From an uncultured Verrucomicrobiae bacterium (GTDB lineage: Bacteria > Verrucomicrobiota > Verrucomicrobiia > Chthoniobacterales > Terrimicrobiaceae), in the NCBI GenBank assembly GCA_963706955.1, contig CAVPOC010000002.1:32001-96000 (forward strand): a stretch of DNA of 64,000 nt, read 5' to 3'. The translations under genes were made by a program, and so were the position numbers. Every line of letters starts with the position of its first letter. The first letter of the stretch is position 1. Below, one piece after another: positions 1 through 10,088 of this stretch. The notes below the pieces were generated by a model. The model was given only the letters and a program-made list of their open reading frames with translations. It was not told where the DNA came from and ran no database searches.

Positions 1-172
1 TCTACAACTCGCGCCTTGCGGCTAAACAAGTTCGATCTCCCTTTCACAGTTTCACGCCGATACCCATGAAAAGTCCGGATTGGGAGGCATCTTAGGTCAG
101 ACCGTTTTTTATATCTGCACCAACATCGATCCCGAAGTAGGGCCCATGAAAGTGGAGAACTGAAGCTGCTGA

Positions 173-1432
173 TCATTTGAGTGGGTTGGAGAGCTGCTTC
201 TCGGCAAACTGGACTTCTCGTGCGGTCAATGCTTCGGCAGCGATCGGAGACACCACCCCAGTAACGGCAATCAGGTAGCTGGTAGGAGTGGGTTCGAAAG
301 GCGTGGCTTTCAACGCCGTGATGAAGCGCTCGGCCATGGGCGTCCAAGCCACATAGTCCCACTGGATCGGCACGACAACGGTGCCGTCCTTCGTCTGGCA
401 GACCGTAAGTCCGTTGAGATGTGAAATGCGGGCCACCGGAGAAGTGTTGTTCAGGTTCGCCATGATCTGAGCGCTCTGCTGAAAGGCCAGAGCCTCGTGT
501 TCGTCCTGGCTGTTGGCAGCTTGGAGGACAAATTCGCCCTGACCGGGAATGTTCCCAAGCTGCCCCAAGGCGGCAACGGTGAGCGTTTGCGTCGTCGGCG
601 AGATCGCACCGTTGTTCACAAACGCATTTGCAGCGTCCGGGGCAATGCCCATGTTGTCGGTGAGCAGGCCGAGATTCATCTGACGCAGTTCCCCGGGGCT
701 CTTGTCGCGCAGTGAAGCCTGCAATGTCGCGGTCCAATCGAGTCCATGGATCGTAGCGCCAGCCGCGCCACCGATCGCGCCCATCCCGAATCCAACCGCC
801 AACTTGCCGAGAAACGCTGGCCAGGCCACTTTGTTTAGCTCACTCTGAAAGACCTGGTTGTTGCAATAGGGATCAACCCCGAGCTTGAGGGCAAGGTCGC
901 GTTTACTCTTGGCAAAGCCGCTCAAGTTTTCGACAAGCTGACCTTGACCCAAACCGGAATCGTTTCCTTCGGCGACGTTCTTCACCGCCTGCCCGGCCTG
1001 GTTGAGAAAACCCAGGATCCCGCGCGGCACACTCGCGATCGTCGGAAGCGGGTTGGTGACCAAGTCTTGCGCCACATTGAGCGGTCTTGCCGCCGCTTGC
1101 GCAGCAGCCTGGGTGAACTCACTCGTCTGCGACATGGCTTCCAGGGCGGCGATTCCTTGAATCTCCGCAATCCGACGCATGAGCATGGCATTCCCATCCG
1201 CCGTAAATACACCGTAGTCGGAATCGATCGTGTATTGGTTCGAGCCGGAGTAAGTTGGGACAGGGTCGCGCACGCTGAAGTTTGGACCTGAGAGGTACTG
1301 CGGCTGCAGGATCGTGCTGGCACTCAGCGTCGGCAGCGGCTCGAAGACCTCTGGTGTCGGTGTTTGGGCAGATAGCGACACGGCGGCCCCGAGAACAGCG
1401 CAGGCGAATAGAGGAATTGTGGCTGGGTTCAT
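173..1432 (-). CDS. Exported hypothetical protein (~419 aa)
   Basis: Long ORF; ATG at 1432 gives a signal-peptide-like N-terminus (MNPATIPLFACAVLGAAVSLSAQ); no recognised catalytic motif. Confidence 0.75.
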   Translation of the reverse strand: MNPATIPLFACAVLGAAVSLSAQTPTPEVFEPLPTLSASTILQPQYLSGPNFSVRDPVPTYSGSNQYTIDSDYGVFTADGNAMLMRRIAEIQGIAALEAMSQTSEFTQAAAQAAARPLNVAQDLVTNPLPTIASVPRGILGFLNQAGQAVKNVAEGNDSGLGQGQLVENLSGFAKSKRDLALKLGVDPYCNNQVFQSELNKVAWPAFLGKLAVGFGMGAIGGAAGATIHGLDWTATLQASLRDKSPGELRQMNLGLLTDNMGIAPDAANAFVNNGAISPTTQTLTVAALGQLGNIPGQGEFVLQAANSQDEHEALAFQQSAQIMANLNNTSPVARISHLNGLTVCQTKDGTVVVPIQWDYVAWTPMAERFITALKATPFEPTPTSYLIAVTGVVSPIAAEALTAREVQFAEKQLSNPLK

Positions 1433-1656
1433 GTAGAGAGGAGAGTCTTTCAGGCAGCACCACGGGATGCAATTGTGCGCCTCAGGCATCTGCAATAGAG
1501 GCAGGTGCTACAACTTACAAGAGCTTCATGCGGATCGCGGAGATGGAGCTTCCACGGCGTCGCCGGCCGAATCACAATGCAATCAATGTTCGTTGAGAAG
1601 ATTTCATCTATCTATGCCGGAGTATGAAGCACCCAGCAGGCACTTTTAACCAACCC

Positions 1657-2091
1657 ATGCCTGCTCAGCTGCGAGTCTATGTGTTGGCGCTGCTGCTGGC
1701 CGCGTTCATCGCCGCTCTGCATGCCGGCATTCTCTTTGGACTCGCGGACTTTCTGATGTTGTTCAGACATTGGGCACAGGCGGCCGTGGCACACAGGCCA
1801 GCGGATATTCTCGTCGTGATCGTTGCGATTTGCGTGCTATTCACAGCACACCTCGCGGAGACTGCGATATGGGCGACCTTTTTCTGGAAGTCGGGTCAAC
1901 TATCCTCGTTCGCCGAGAGTTGGTATTTTGCCGGAACTTCACACACAACTCTCGGGTACGGTGACCTGGTCCTCAAAAAGCCGTGGAGGAGCCTCGGTCC
2001 GATCTCGGCCATCAATGGACTTCTTACCTTCGGATGTTCGACGGCCTTTCTCTTCCTGGTGCTGCAAAACATCTGGCAACACCCGCTGTGA
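1657..2091 (+). CDS. Pore-only potassium channel family protein (Ion_trans_2-like)
   Basis: Hydrophobic helices flanking the selectivity filter TTLGYGD; start could also be 1624. Confidence 0.85.
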   Translation: MPAQLRVYVLALLLAAFIAALHAGILFGLADFLMLFRHWAQAAVAHRPADILVVIVAICVLFTAHLAETAIWATFFWKSGQLSSFAESWYFAGTSHTTLGYGDLVLKKPWRSLGPISAINGLLTFGCSTAFLFLVLQNIWQHPL

Positions 2092-2132
2092 ACCAGAGCG
2101 ATGGCGTTCGCCGGGCGAAAAGATGGCCCCCC

Positions 2133-2654
2133 TCACGCCTCCGCTTTCACCACGTCGCGCAAGGGCCAGATCTTGGACATAAACCACGTTACGAGCAAAC
2201 CGATCAGGCACCCCAGCATGACCTCACCAACTCTTTTGAGCCCGATTTCAATCCCGGTTAGCTTGGAATGATGTGTCAAAACGGCGGCAATGATGATCGC
2301 GGCGGTAATCGGCGCCTGACGCCACATTGCCGGAATGCGGATCACGTAGGAGGAGAGCAAGACGGTTGCTGCCAAGGCAACCGGAAGTTTCCATTCACTG
2401 GCTCCGCCAATCAGCAAAAAGAGCAATCCTGTCGCACAGCCCAAAAGCGCATTGAGTATACGACCACGAAAATTAACCACGGCCTGTTTCATCTGAGGAT
2501 CAACGGCGGGGATCATTGCGCTGATCGCCCAGATCGGATTGGTGTCGGCTCCGAACCGGAGCAGAACCCAAAGGACGCTCGTGGCGACGAAGATGTTCGC
2601 GGCCAGACGAACTCCAAGCAAGTCGCCTTCCAGAAAGCTCTTCAGCTGCTTCAT
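2133..2654 (-). CDS. FUSC / aromatic acid exporter family membrane protein
   Basis: NPIWAISAM...RILNALLG...RVGEVMLG pattern; several TM segments; ATG at 2654. Confidence 0.75.
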   Translation of the reverse strand: MKQLKSFLEGDLLGVRLAANIFVATSVLWVLLRFGADTNPIWAISAMIPAVDPQMKQAVVNFRGRILNALLGCATGLLFLLIGGASEWKLPVALAATVLLSSYVIRIPAMWRQAPITAAIIIAAVLTHHSKLTGIEIGLKRVGEVMLGCLIGLLVTWFMSKIWPLRDVVKAEA

Positions 2655-2707
2655 TCTCTTTTCTGACGCGGATTTTAAACGCGGCGCGCGCGCGGACGGC
2701 CCCGCCT

Positions 2708-3643
2708 CTACTCGTGACTCTGAGGCGGATTGCCTTTGAGCCGGTAGACCGCCGCCGTCTTGGTCGTTCCGAGGGCGAGCCAGTCCTCCGCGTTCTGTTG
2801 GAGCAAGCAAAAGAACTGCTCGCAGTGCTTCTTGGCGGCTTCGTGGACTTCGTCGCGGCGCTTGAACTTGCATTGAAAGGCAAATTCTCCGACGAGCTGT
2901 TTTTCATCGCCGCGGGTTCGCCAGACGGCGACGTTCGCCTTGCCAGTGATTCGCTTGCCGAAGTCTAACATCCCAATGTCCAAGAGAACCTCCTCGACCG
3001 CTGTCGCATTGACCAACGCGACCTTCTCAGTATCGGAGCTCTTGAGCGCTTCGAGGACCGGAAACACGCGTGCCAGAGTCTTCATCGAGGTGCGATCCGC
3101 CTCGTGCACGTGACTCAACGAAAATTGCGCATTGTGAGAGTAGAGCAATCGAAAGCTGCCGATCTGATCCTTCACTGGCAAGGCCTCCGCTTTGAACTTG
3201 ATCCGGTAGTCATCGACGAATCTCGGGCGCACGTCCATTTCTGCTGCTGTCTGCAGATCCGGGTGGCGAAATTTGAAGACGATTTCCGGGTCGCCCACGG
3301 CAAAGCCATCCACGTAGTTGACGCGCCGGCGCAAAATGAAGGCGTTGTTGTAAAGCCGAAAGTCTTGGGTATCCACGAACAGGACTTCCCGAATCTGGGG
3401 CCTTAGACCTTTAAAATCTTCCGTCGAGTACCCGACGCTAGACGCCTCGGCCGTGCGACGCACGATATTGCTAAACTCACTAAAATTCTCGACCGAAGTG
3501 AAGCGCTCTCCCTTGAGAATGATTTTGCATTCGAGATAATGAATGTCATCTAGCGGATGCCCGTCGCTGTAACCTCCAGGCTGGAGATCGGGGATTGGTT
3601 TCCGCGCTGGTTCGTCCATGGTTTTGCGTGTTTCCTCTTTCAT
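2708..3643 (-). CDS. Conserved hypothetical protein, possible CYTH/triphosphate-tunnel fold
   Basis: YLECK near the N-terminus and LYNNAFILRRR resemble CYTH ExExK and LRxR motifs; start 3643 or 3619. Confidence 0.6.
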   Translation of the reverse strand: MKEETRKTMDEPARKPIPDLQPGGYSDGHPLDDIHYLECKIILKGERFTSVENFSEFSNIVRRTAEASSVGYSTEDFKGLRPQIREVLFVDTQDFRLYNNAFILRRRVNYVDGFAVGDPEIVFKFRHPDLQTAAEMDVRPRFVDDYRIKFKAEALPVKDQIGSFRLLYSHNAQFSLSHVHEADRTSMKTLARVFPVLEALKSSDTEKVALVNATAVEEVLLDIGMLDFGKRITGKANVAVWRTRGDEKQLVGEFAFQCKFKRRDEVHEAAKKHCEQFFCLLQQNAEDWLALGTTKTAAVYRLKGNPPQSHE

Positions 3644-4207
3644 GATTTTCCTGAGGTTTTTAAACGTATACCCGCAAGGCGCACTGCAAATTACCGACCC
3701 TAGCCTGCTAGTGCGATGAGAAATTGACGCCAACCCGCGGAGCAACGCTCTCATCTTTCATCAGGCGCTGCATTCCTGGTGCAGAGCTTCTCTCGGAACT
3801 CTTTTAAGAATTCAACGATCGATGCAGCGGGCTGTCCTGGCGCCTGTCTGCCGAGAGCCCGACCGTGGGGAGCCCGTCCACTGCTAGCGAGCGTAGCGCC
3901 CGCGGGCGTGGCAGGGTGCCCCAGAAATCCGCGACGTTCCGCTCCGCCAACCTTTTCAAAAATCTGCTTTGAGAAACCGCCCTCAGCGATTTCAGCGGTG
4001 AGATCGATTTAGCGCATCCGCCATGAGGTCTGGTCGCGCTCAGATGCTGCTGTTCATCACTTTGGCTGGATTCGTGGCTGCAGAAGGCGCTCTTCCGAGC
4101 TATCTTTGCGGCAAGAGCACCGGGTTGCCGCCACACTACCCGAGCCGGCGCTGAACAGAGCGCAACCAAATGTCGGCGAGGATGAAGAGAGAATTGGACG
4201 CAACGAC

Positions 4208-5200
4208 ATGCCCGGCACGCTGACAGAAGAACTTAACGGAAACAGACGAAGCTTTTCCGAGACGCTGGCAGATCACCAGGTGACGCTCAAGCGCGGGAGG
4301 ACGGAGATCCTTCAACTTAACCTCGGCAAACTGTGCAATCTGACCTGCATCCATTGCCACGTTAACGCGGGTCCGAAACGTAAAGAGATTATCAGGCGGG
4401 AGACTATTGATCGGATCGTCGAATGGCTCGCTCGCACGGATATCGAGATCGTGGACCTTACCGGAGGGGCTCCTGAGATGGTTCCCGATTTCCGGTATCT
4501 CGTCGAAAGATTGTGCGACCTGCCTCACGTCAAGACAATCATCGACCGCTGCAATCTTACCATTCTTCTGGATCCTGGCTACGAATGGTTGGCTGATTTT
4601 CTGATTGCTCATCGTTTGAAAATCGTCGCCTCCATGCCGTGCTATGCCCCGGAAAATGTTAATGCCCAAAGAGGAGACGGTGTCTTCGACGCCAGTATCA
4701 CAGCGCTCCAGCTTCTGAACCGCCTGGGGTGCGGGCGACAGGATGATCTCATTCTTGACCTCGTCTACAATCCCAACGGAGCGTTCTTACCTCCGGACCA
4801 GATGGAGCTCGAATCGGATTATAAGCGCGAATTGAAAGAGCATTTCGGCATCGACTTTCACCACCTCTACACGATCACCAACATGCCGATCGCTCGTTTC
4901 GCCTCGTGGCTCCGCCACCACGGCCAACTCCAGGCCTACATGCAGCTATTGATCGAAGCATTCAATCCTGCTTCGGTAGCCGGTCTCATGTGCCGCAATA
5001 CGCTAAGTATCAGCTGGCGCGGCGAGGTCTATGATTGTGATTTCAATCAGCAGCTCGGCATTCACGCCGGACACCAAAAGCCACTCTTCTTATGGGACGT
5101 CGATCATAGGCAACTGGAAAATATGCCCATCGCCGTCGCCGGCCACTGCTTCGGCTGCACCGCTGGTTCTGGTTCCTCGTGTAGCGGGGCCCTGACGTGA
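4208..5200 (+). CDS. arsS: Radical SAM protein, ArsS/DUF3641 (arsenosugar biosynthesis-type) family
   Basis: CNLTCIHC motif, DLTGGAPE, YDCDFNQ, C-terminal HCFGCTAGSGSSC. Confidence 0.85.
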   Translation: MPGTLTEELNGNRRSFSETLADHQVTLKRGRTEILQLNLGKLCNLTCIHCHVNAGPKRKEIIRRETIDRIVEWLARTDIEIVDLTGGAPEMVPDFRYLVERLCDLPHVKTIIDRCNLTILLDPGYEWLADFLIAHRLKIVASMPCYAPENVNAQRGDGVFDASITALQLLNRLGCGRQDDLILDLVYNPNGAFLPPDQMELESDYKRELKEHFGIDFHHLYTITNMPIARFASWLRHHGQLQAYMQLLIEAFNPASVAGLMCRNTLSISWRGEVYDCDFNQQLGIHAGHQKPLFLWDVDHRQLENMPIAVAGHCFGCTAGSGSSCSGALT

Positions 5201-5230
5201 TTTTTCAGAGATCGGGCGGCCTCCGCTGGC

Positions 5231-6214
5231 TCACTTAGAAACTGCTCGAAGGGCGAGCCCGGCGACAATCTGATGACCTTGAGTCGTTGGATGGACATCA
5301 TCCCAGAAGAGATAGTTCGTCGCGTAGGTCCCATTTGATTTGAAGTAATCCAAGCCCGTGCGCGTCACATTATCTATGGAGACCGGAGGGCCTGGAACGA
5401 AGAAACGCGGCTTGTAAGTATTGCCCTTACCAACGGTGTTCACGATGCGGACAAGCTCCGTGAACGCGTCCACCATATAGATCTTTGCATTGTAACGCCG
5501 ATCATTCCGCAACTGACGAATCGCCGCCTTCAACGCCACATTAAAAGAAACCGAATACCCATTGGCGGCAGCGGCGGCGGCAGCGCCCCCCGATTTTGCG
5601 TCCGGGGTATCGCCCATCTTTGGCATGTTGAAAATGAGCAGGTGTCGTGCGCCAGCTTTCTCGAGATCGATCATCGCAGTCTTGACCGCGTCGACTGCGG
5701 CCGCGGCCGCCTGCGGTCCGAACTGCCCTCCGACCAGGAGATTGTCCGCCCCCGACCAGATTGCATAGAGTGTCTTTTGCCTCGGAGTATTTTTCGCCAG
5801 ATATTCTTGCACCTGCGTGAGAAGATTGGGGATCGGCCCGGTGACTCCACTGGGCCGGTCAGTGCCGGAGGCCGCTTCCGCCCCGCCCCATGCCCAAGTG
5901 TTTCCGGTCACTTTCGAAGGAAGTGTGGTGGTGTCGCCGCGGCCAGGAGTCCGCCCGGAAAGCTTCCAATACCTAGCCAGGATTTCGACCCACAGGAGAT
6001 TATCACAAAAATGCGTTTCCTGATAATAGCCGTTGATCCGAGGCGCGACGTTCTTGGCAGTGACACCTGCGACATTACCAACATCCGTAAGACTATCGCC
6101 AAAGGCAATGATATTTTCGAAAGAAATCGGTTCGCCAACGCACGTGCCGAATGAAAGTAGAATGATGCAAACAAAGCTTACTAAGCGAATGAGATGCTGA
6201 AGATGTGTTTTCAC
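5231..6214 (-). CDS. Secreted SGNH/GDSL hydrolase
   Basis: FGDSLTD block I, WDDVHPT block V, N-terminal signal-like segment; GTG start. Confidence 0.9.
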   Translation of the reverse strand: MKTHLQHLIRLVSFVCIILLSFGTCVGEPISFENIIAFGDSLTDVGNVAGVTAKNVAPRINGYYQETHFCDNLLWVEILARYWKLSGRTPGRGDTTTLPSKVTGNTWAWGGAEAASGTDRPSGVTGPIPNLLTQVQEYLAKNTPRQKTLYAIWSGADNLLVGGQFGPQAAAAAVDAVKTAMIDLEKAGARHLLIFNMPKMGDTPDAKSGGAAAAAAANGYSVSFNVALKAAIRQLRNDRRYNAKIYMVDAFTELVRIVNTVGKGNTYKPRFFVPGPPVSIDNVTRTGLDYFKSNGTYATNYLFWDDVHPTTQGHQIVAGLALRAVSK

Positions 6215-6516
6215 GACTCAAACATCGTGTCCTAAGCGCCGTAAGTTGCAAGCTTACATCAAGCCCGATCGCTCTACTCTATGGTAAGTTGGCCTGGAAG
6301 GCGGCTGCACAGATCGCGGCTTGGCGATCGACGGTGAAGGTCAAAGCCCCAGTCAGACTCTTGCCAGGGGAGTAAATGCTAAGCGGGATCGTTGGACGAC
6401 AATCGCTGGCAAGGCGTTGAGACGTTCAGACCGACAGATCTAATTCTCCCTCTGCCCAGCTAAGCTTAAAGCAAAGCTCGCTAAGAAAGAGGTCGGATCG
6501 ATCGTAGCTTCGCAAC

Positions 6517-9500
6517 TTAAGCGTGCCCCTCCTTGGGAGCCTCTCCGACCAGGACCTTCTTTTCCTGCTGGTACTTCGCGTATGTTGCCTCGGCACGCGC
6601 GGCGAGCGCGACTGACTTCTGCTGCTTGGCGATCCTGAGAGCTTTGGCAAAGGCTTCCTCTATCCTGGACTCCTCTGCCCCGAGCTCGATCAGGAAAATA
6701 GCTCGAAGGCGGGACAACTCAGCGCACCACCACGATCCTCCGGATGCTTCCATGAGCGCTTCGGCCTCATTTATCGTCTCGAGAGCATCAGAAGTGCGGC
6801 CCGCGAGATGTAAAGCTTCGGCTTTGAGGCCGAGCATGGAAAGCATGCCGAGCAGGGAGCCACTGGTGCGTAAGCGCTCCATTCCATCCTGAATCCATGA
6901 GATGCCCTGGGCGGTGTTGCCGGCGGCACTGCGCGCCCAACCAAGGAGGACAGTTCCTACGGCAGCGAAATGAGCGAAATTCTGCTTGGTTGAGAGTTCA
7001 ACCAGTTCGGAGGCAAGGCGCTCAACCTCCTCCAGATTGTGCTCACGATAAGCGAGCACGGTGGCGTGAAAGAGCGCCACAGCCAAACCGTGGCCATCTT
7101 GGAATTCATTGGCGACGGAGATCGCTTCCGCCATGGTCGCACGAGACGCGAGAGTCTTTCCGAAATGCCATTCGCAAAGAGCCCTATGGCAGAGCATCGC
7201 AATCTCGGGCGCATCAATCTCCTCAAACTGAGACTTGCCCTCTCCACACCGCCAAACGGCAACGCCCTTTGCGGCGTAATCATGTGCTGCTTCGAATTCC
7301 CCCAAGTAGTAGAGTGTCGCGGCCAGCGCCATGTGAGCCTTCATCGAAAGCGAAGCGTGATTCTGCTCCTGGGCCACAGCTTGGAGTTGTTTCGCTATTT
7401 CCAGCGTCGAGCTGAGCTCGTCGGTGACGAGCGAGTAACGCCATTTGCCAATCAGCGCGAGACCACGCAGCAGGGGCTGATTGAGAGAGCGAGATAGGCG
7501 TTCCGCGCGCTCATAACAGGCTCGCACTTCCGGGGCCTGTGTGCCGCGGGTAACCGATAGATTCAAGGCCGACTCCAAGAGAACGAAAAGTTGGTCTTCG
7601 GCAGTGAGCGCTTGGCCCTCGACGCTGCTCGTCGCAAAGGCACCCCACCGCCCCCGATCAAAAAAGTGAGCCAACGTCGCCAGCAAAGCGCCCCTGGCGC
7701 CCAATACGTGAGCCGCATAGCAAGCGTTCCCTCTCTGGATCCGCGGGATATAAATTTCACGAAGCGCTTCCCGAAACAAACCTGCGTTGCAGCCCCGAAC
7801 CACCGCCTGAAACAACGGCTCCATTGCTCGAAAGCTTTCCGGCAAGTGCGGCGCATGGGTCCGGTAATACTGATAGAGGCGCCTATTACCTTCCTTCCAA
7901 GCTTCAATTCGCTGGCTCAGGAGCTGCTCGCCAAAATGCTCGCGAATGAGGGGATGCGCATCGATATGCCCCGGATTGTCAGGATCTTCGCCGGCGAGGA
8001 GGCGAGCCCGTCTCAAGCGGGCAAGAACGGCCCGCCACTCTGTCTGGCTCAACTCGAGCAGAGATTCGGTCAGACCGGGAATCGCAGGAGGCTCGAGGAG
8101 AATATCGAGCACTTTGGGATCAGCCGGACGGTCAAACAGCCCTAACATTCGCAGAACCGAGAGCTCCGGACCCTCATCAAACCATATCTGGTAACTTTCC
8201 ATTACCTTCCGCGCATGAGCTCCTTGGCGGACGTCATGAGTCAGGTGCTCAGACAACTCAGTCCTTCGCCGAACGTCTCCCCCGTACGCGTCCGTGAGGT
8301 AACTGCCCAAGAGCGTCAGAGCAAGGCCATGCCCATCGAATTCATTGCTCGCATTGCGCAACTCATCATCATGGCCTTTCACACCCAAGGCCTGGAGCAA
8401 CTTGGCGCCTGCATCGCTCGACAAATGCTCCAAGTCGCGACGAGGGGCTGAAGTCCGTTCGTGGTCGGCAATGTCGGCGATGGGCAGTCGCGTTGTGATC
8501 ACACAGAGACCACTATTGAAGGCAGCGAGCTCACGCAGGAGCGACTGGAGAGAAGGGTCGCGAATGCGTCCCTCTTGCGGACCGGGGGGAAATTGCAGCG
8601 GTTCGAGGCCATCCAGTATCAGCAAGGTTCGACGATGCGCGATCAAGTCGGCCAATCGCTCCCCTTTTTGCCAGGCAGTTCCGATCCGCGGATCGGGATC
8701 TCCAAACCAATCTAAGGCCGTATGGATAAACTCGTCGGCGGATGAAATTTCGCCACCGCTGCCCTGCCTGTAAAATGACCACCCGAAGACCAGTTCGGCA
8801 GAACCGTAGTGCTCGGCAGCCATCTGCCGGAGCCAATGATTAATCAACGTTGACTTGCCCACCCCTGCCCAGGCGACAATCGAAGCGACGTTGACATCGC
8901 GATTTGCCCAGGATTTGTCGAGAAACTCGATATCCTCATCGCGGCCGAACATGTCGCTTCCTGTGACCGGCAACCTGGCGATCGACACCTTTTCAGGGGG
9001 ATGCCGTCCCTGCCGCCGGCGCGAGAAGAGGTCGGCGTTCCCGCCGGAAATTTTGGCCAAGCTGTGGTAAGTAATCGTTCGTCCTTCGTCGATTGAATCC
9101 ATTATCGAGGGAATCACGTTCAGGAGCTCGGCTGGGCTCTGGAATCGGCGCGCCGGATCTTTCTCCAAGAGTATTTCCAAGAGAACGATAATCGGCTGGG
9201 GAACGCCTTCAAGCCGTTCGTGCGGTAAGGGCGCGTGCTGATGTTGGTGGATGACGTCGGCAGGGGGGCCCTTGAAAAGCCCATGCCCGGTCACCATTTC
9301 CCAGAGCGTCACCCCCAGCGAATAGAGATCTGAGCGAATATCGACATCAACTCCGGCAGCCTGTTCAGGGCTCGCGAATTCCGGAGTTCCGACAAAGGCT
9401 CCCACCACCGAGATCGAAGGTTCCGACGTTTCATCCTGGATCGTCTTGGCCAAGCCGAGATCGATAATTTTCACCGCGACGGATTCTCCGTCGCCAAAGC

Positions 9501-10086
9501 TCACCATAATGTTGCTTGGCTTAATGTCGCGGTGAACAAGCTTTTGCTTGTGCACGGCAGACAACCCATCTGCGACCTGGTAAGCAATTTCGAGGGCGCG
9601 CCTCGGCTCGAGCCGGTCCGAGCGCTTGATCAGGCTTTCGAGCGTTTGTCCTTCCACAAACTCCATCGCGTAGAAGAAGCCGTTGTCCGTTTTGCCCAAG
9701 TGGAAGACCGAAGCGACGTGGGGATGGCGGAGGCTGGCGGCCATGCGCGCTTCTCGCATGAAACGAGACCGAGCCGATTCATCGCCAATATACTTTTCGT
9801 TAATGACTTTGAGGGTTACCGGGCGATGCAGATCGACATCAAAGGCCTTGTAGGTAACGCCCATCGCGCCGCGACCCAGTTCGATCGGTAGGCCATCTTC
9901 GCCCTTGGCGAGTTCGTAATGTTCAAACCGGTGTTCTGTTGTTGGCGGGCTTGTCACGACTTTCTCGCCGGGCGACTCACCCTGACCCTGGTCTGTCAGA
10001 GCACCACGCAGAATACAAACAGGACAAAATTCTCGCGTTGTCGGCAATGGTGTTCCGCACACCAGGCAACGGCGTTCCTGATCCAT
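6517..10086 (-). CDS. Zn-ribbon + Hanks Ser/Thr kinase + STAND-like P-loop NTPase + TPR-like helical repeat protein (copy 1)
   Basis: CxxC..CxxC; GRGAMG, HRDIKPSN, DLG, GTPEFASPE; Walker A AWAGVGKS; Walker B LLILDGLE; helical C-terminus; no clear TM helix. Confidence 0.9.
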   Translation of the reverse strand: MDQERRCLVCGTPLPTTREFCPVCILRGALTDQGQGESPGEKVVTSPPTTEHRFEHYELAKGEDGLPIELGRGAMGVTYKAFDVDLHRPVTLKVINEKYIGDESARSRFMREARMAASLRHPHVASVFHLGKTDNGFFYAMEFVEGQTLESLIKRSDRLEPRRALEIAYQVADGLSAVHKQKLVHRDIKPSNIMVSFGDGESVAVKIIDLGLAKTIQDETSEPSISVVGAFVGTPEFASPEQAAGVDVDIRSDLYSLGVTLWEMVTGHGLFKGPPADVIHQHQHAPLPHERLEGVPQPIIVLLEILLEKDPARRFQSPAELLNVIPSIMDSIDEGRTITYHSLAKISGGNADLFSRRRQGRHPPEKVSIARLPVTGSDMFGRDEDIEFLDKSWANRDVNVASIVAWAGVGKSTLINHWLRQMAAEHYGSAELVFGWSFYRQGSGGEISSADEFIHTALDWFGDPDPRIGTAWQKGERLADLIAHRRTLLILDGLEPLQFPPGPQEGRIRDPSLQSLLRELAAFNSGLCVITTRLPIADIADHERTSAPRRDLEHLSSDAGAKLLQALGVKGHDDELRNASNEFDGHGLALTLLGSYLTDAYGGDVRRRTELSEHLTHDVRQGAHARKVMESYQIWFDEGPELSVLRMLGLFDRPADPKVLDILLEPPAIPGLTESLLELSQTEWRAVLARLRRARLLAGEDPDNPGHIDAHPLIREHFGEQLLSQRIEAWKEGNRRLYQYYRTHAPHLPESFRAMEPLFQAVVRGCNAGLFREALREIYIPRIQRGNACYAAHVLGARGALLATLAHFFDRGRWGAFATSSVEGQALTAEDQLFVLLESALNLSVTRGTQAPEVRACYERAERLSRSLNQPLLRGLALIGKWRYSLVTDELSSTLEIAKQLQAVAQEQNHASLSMKAHMALAATLYYLGEFEAAHDYAAKGVAVWRCGEGKSQFEEIDAPEIAMLCHRALCEWHFGKTLASRATMAEAISVANEFQDGHGLAVALFHATVLAYREHNLEEVERLASELVELSTKQNFAHFAAVGTVLLGWARSAAGNTAQGISWIQDGMERLRTSGSLLGMLSMLGLKAEALHLAGRTSDALETINEAEALMEASGGSWWCAELSRLRAIFLIELGAEESRIEEAFAKALRIAKQQKSVALAARAEATYAKYQQEKKVLVGEAPKEGHA

Positions 10087-10088
10087 CT

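Noticed and set aside
5170..5200. Selenocysteine recoding in the ArsS-like gene
   Set aside because: The C-terminal motif position is TGT (Cys), and the TGA falls at the normal end of the protein
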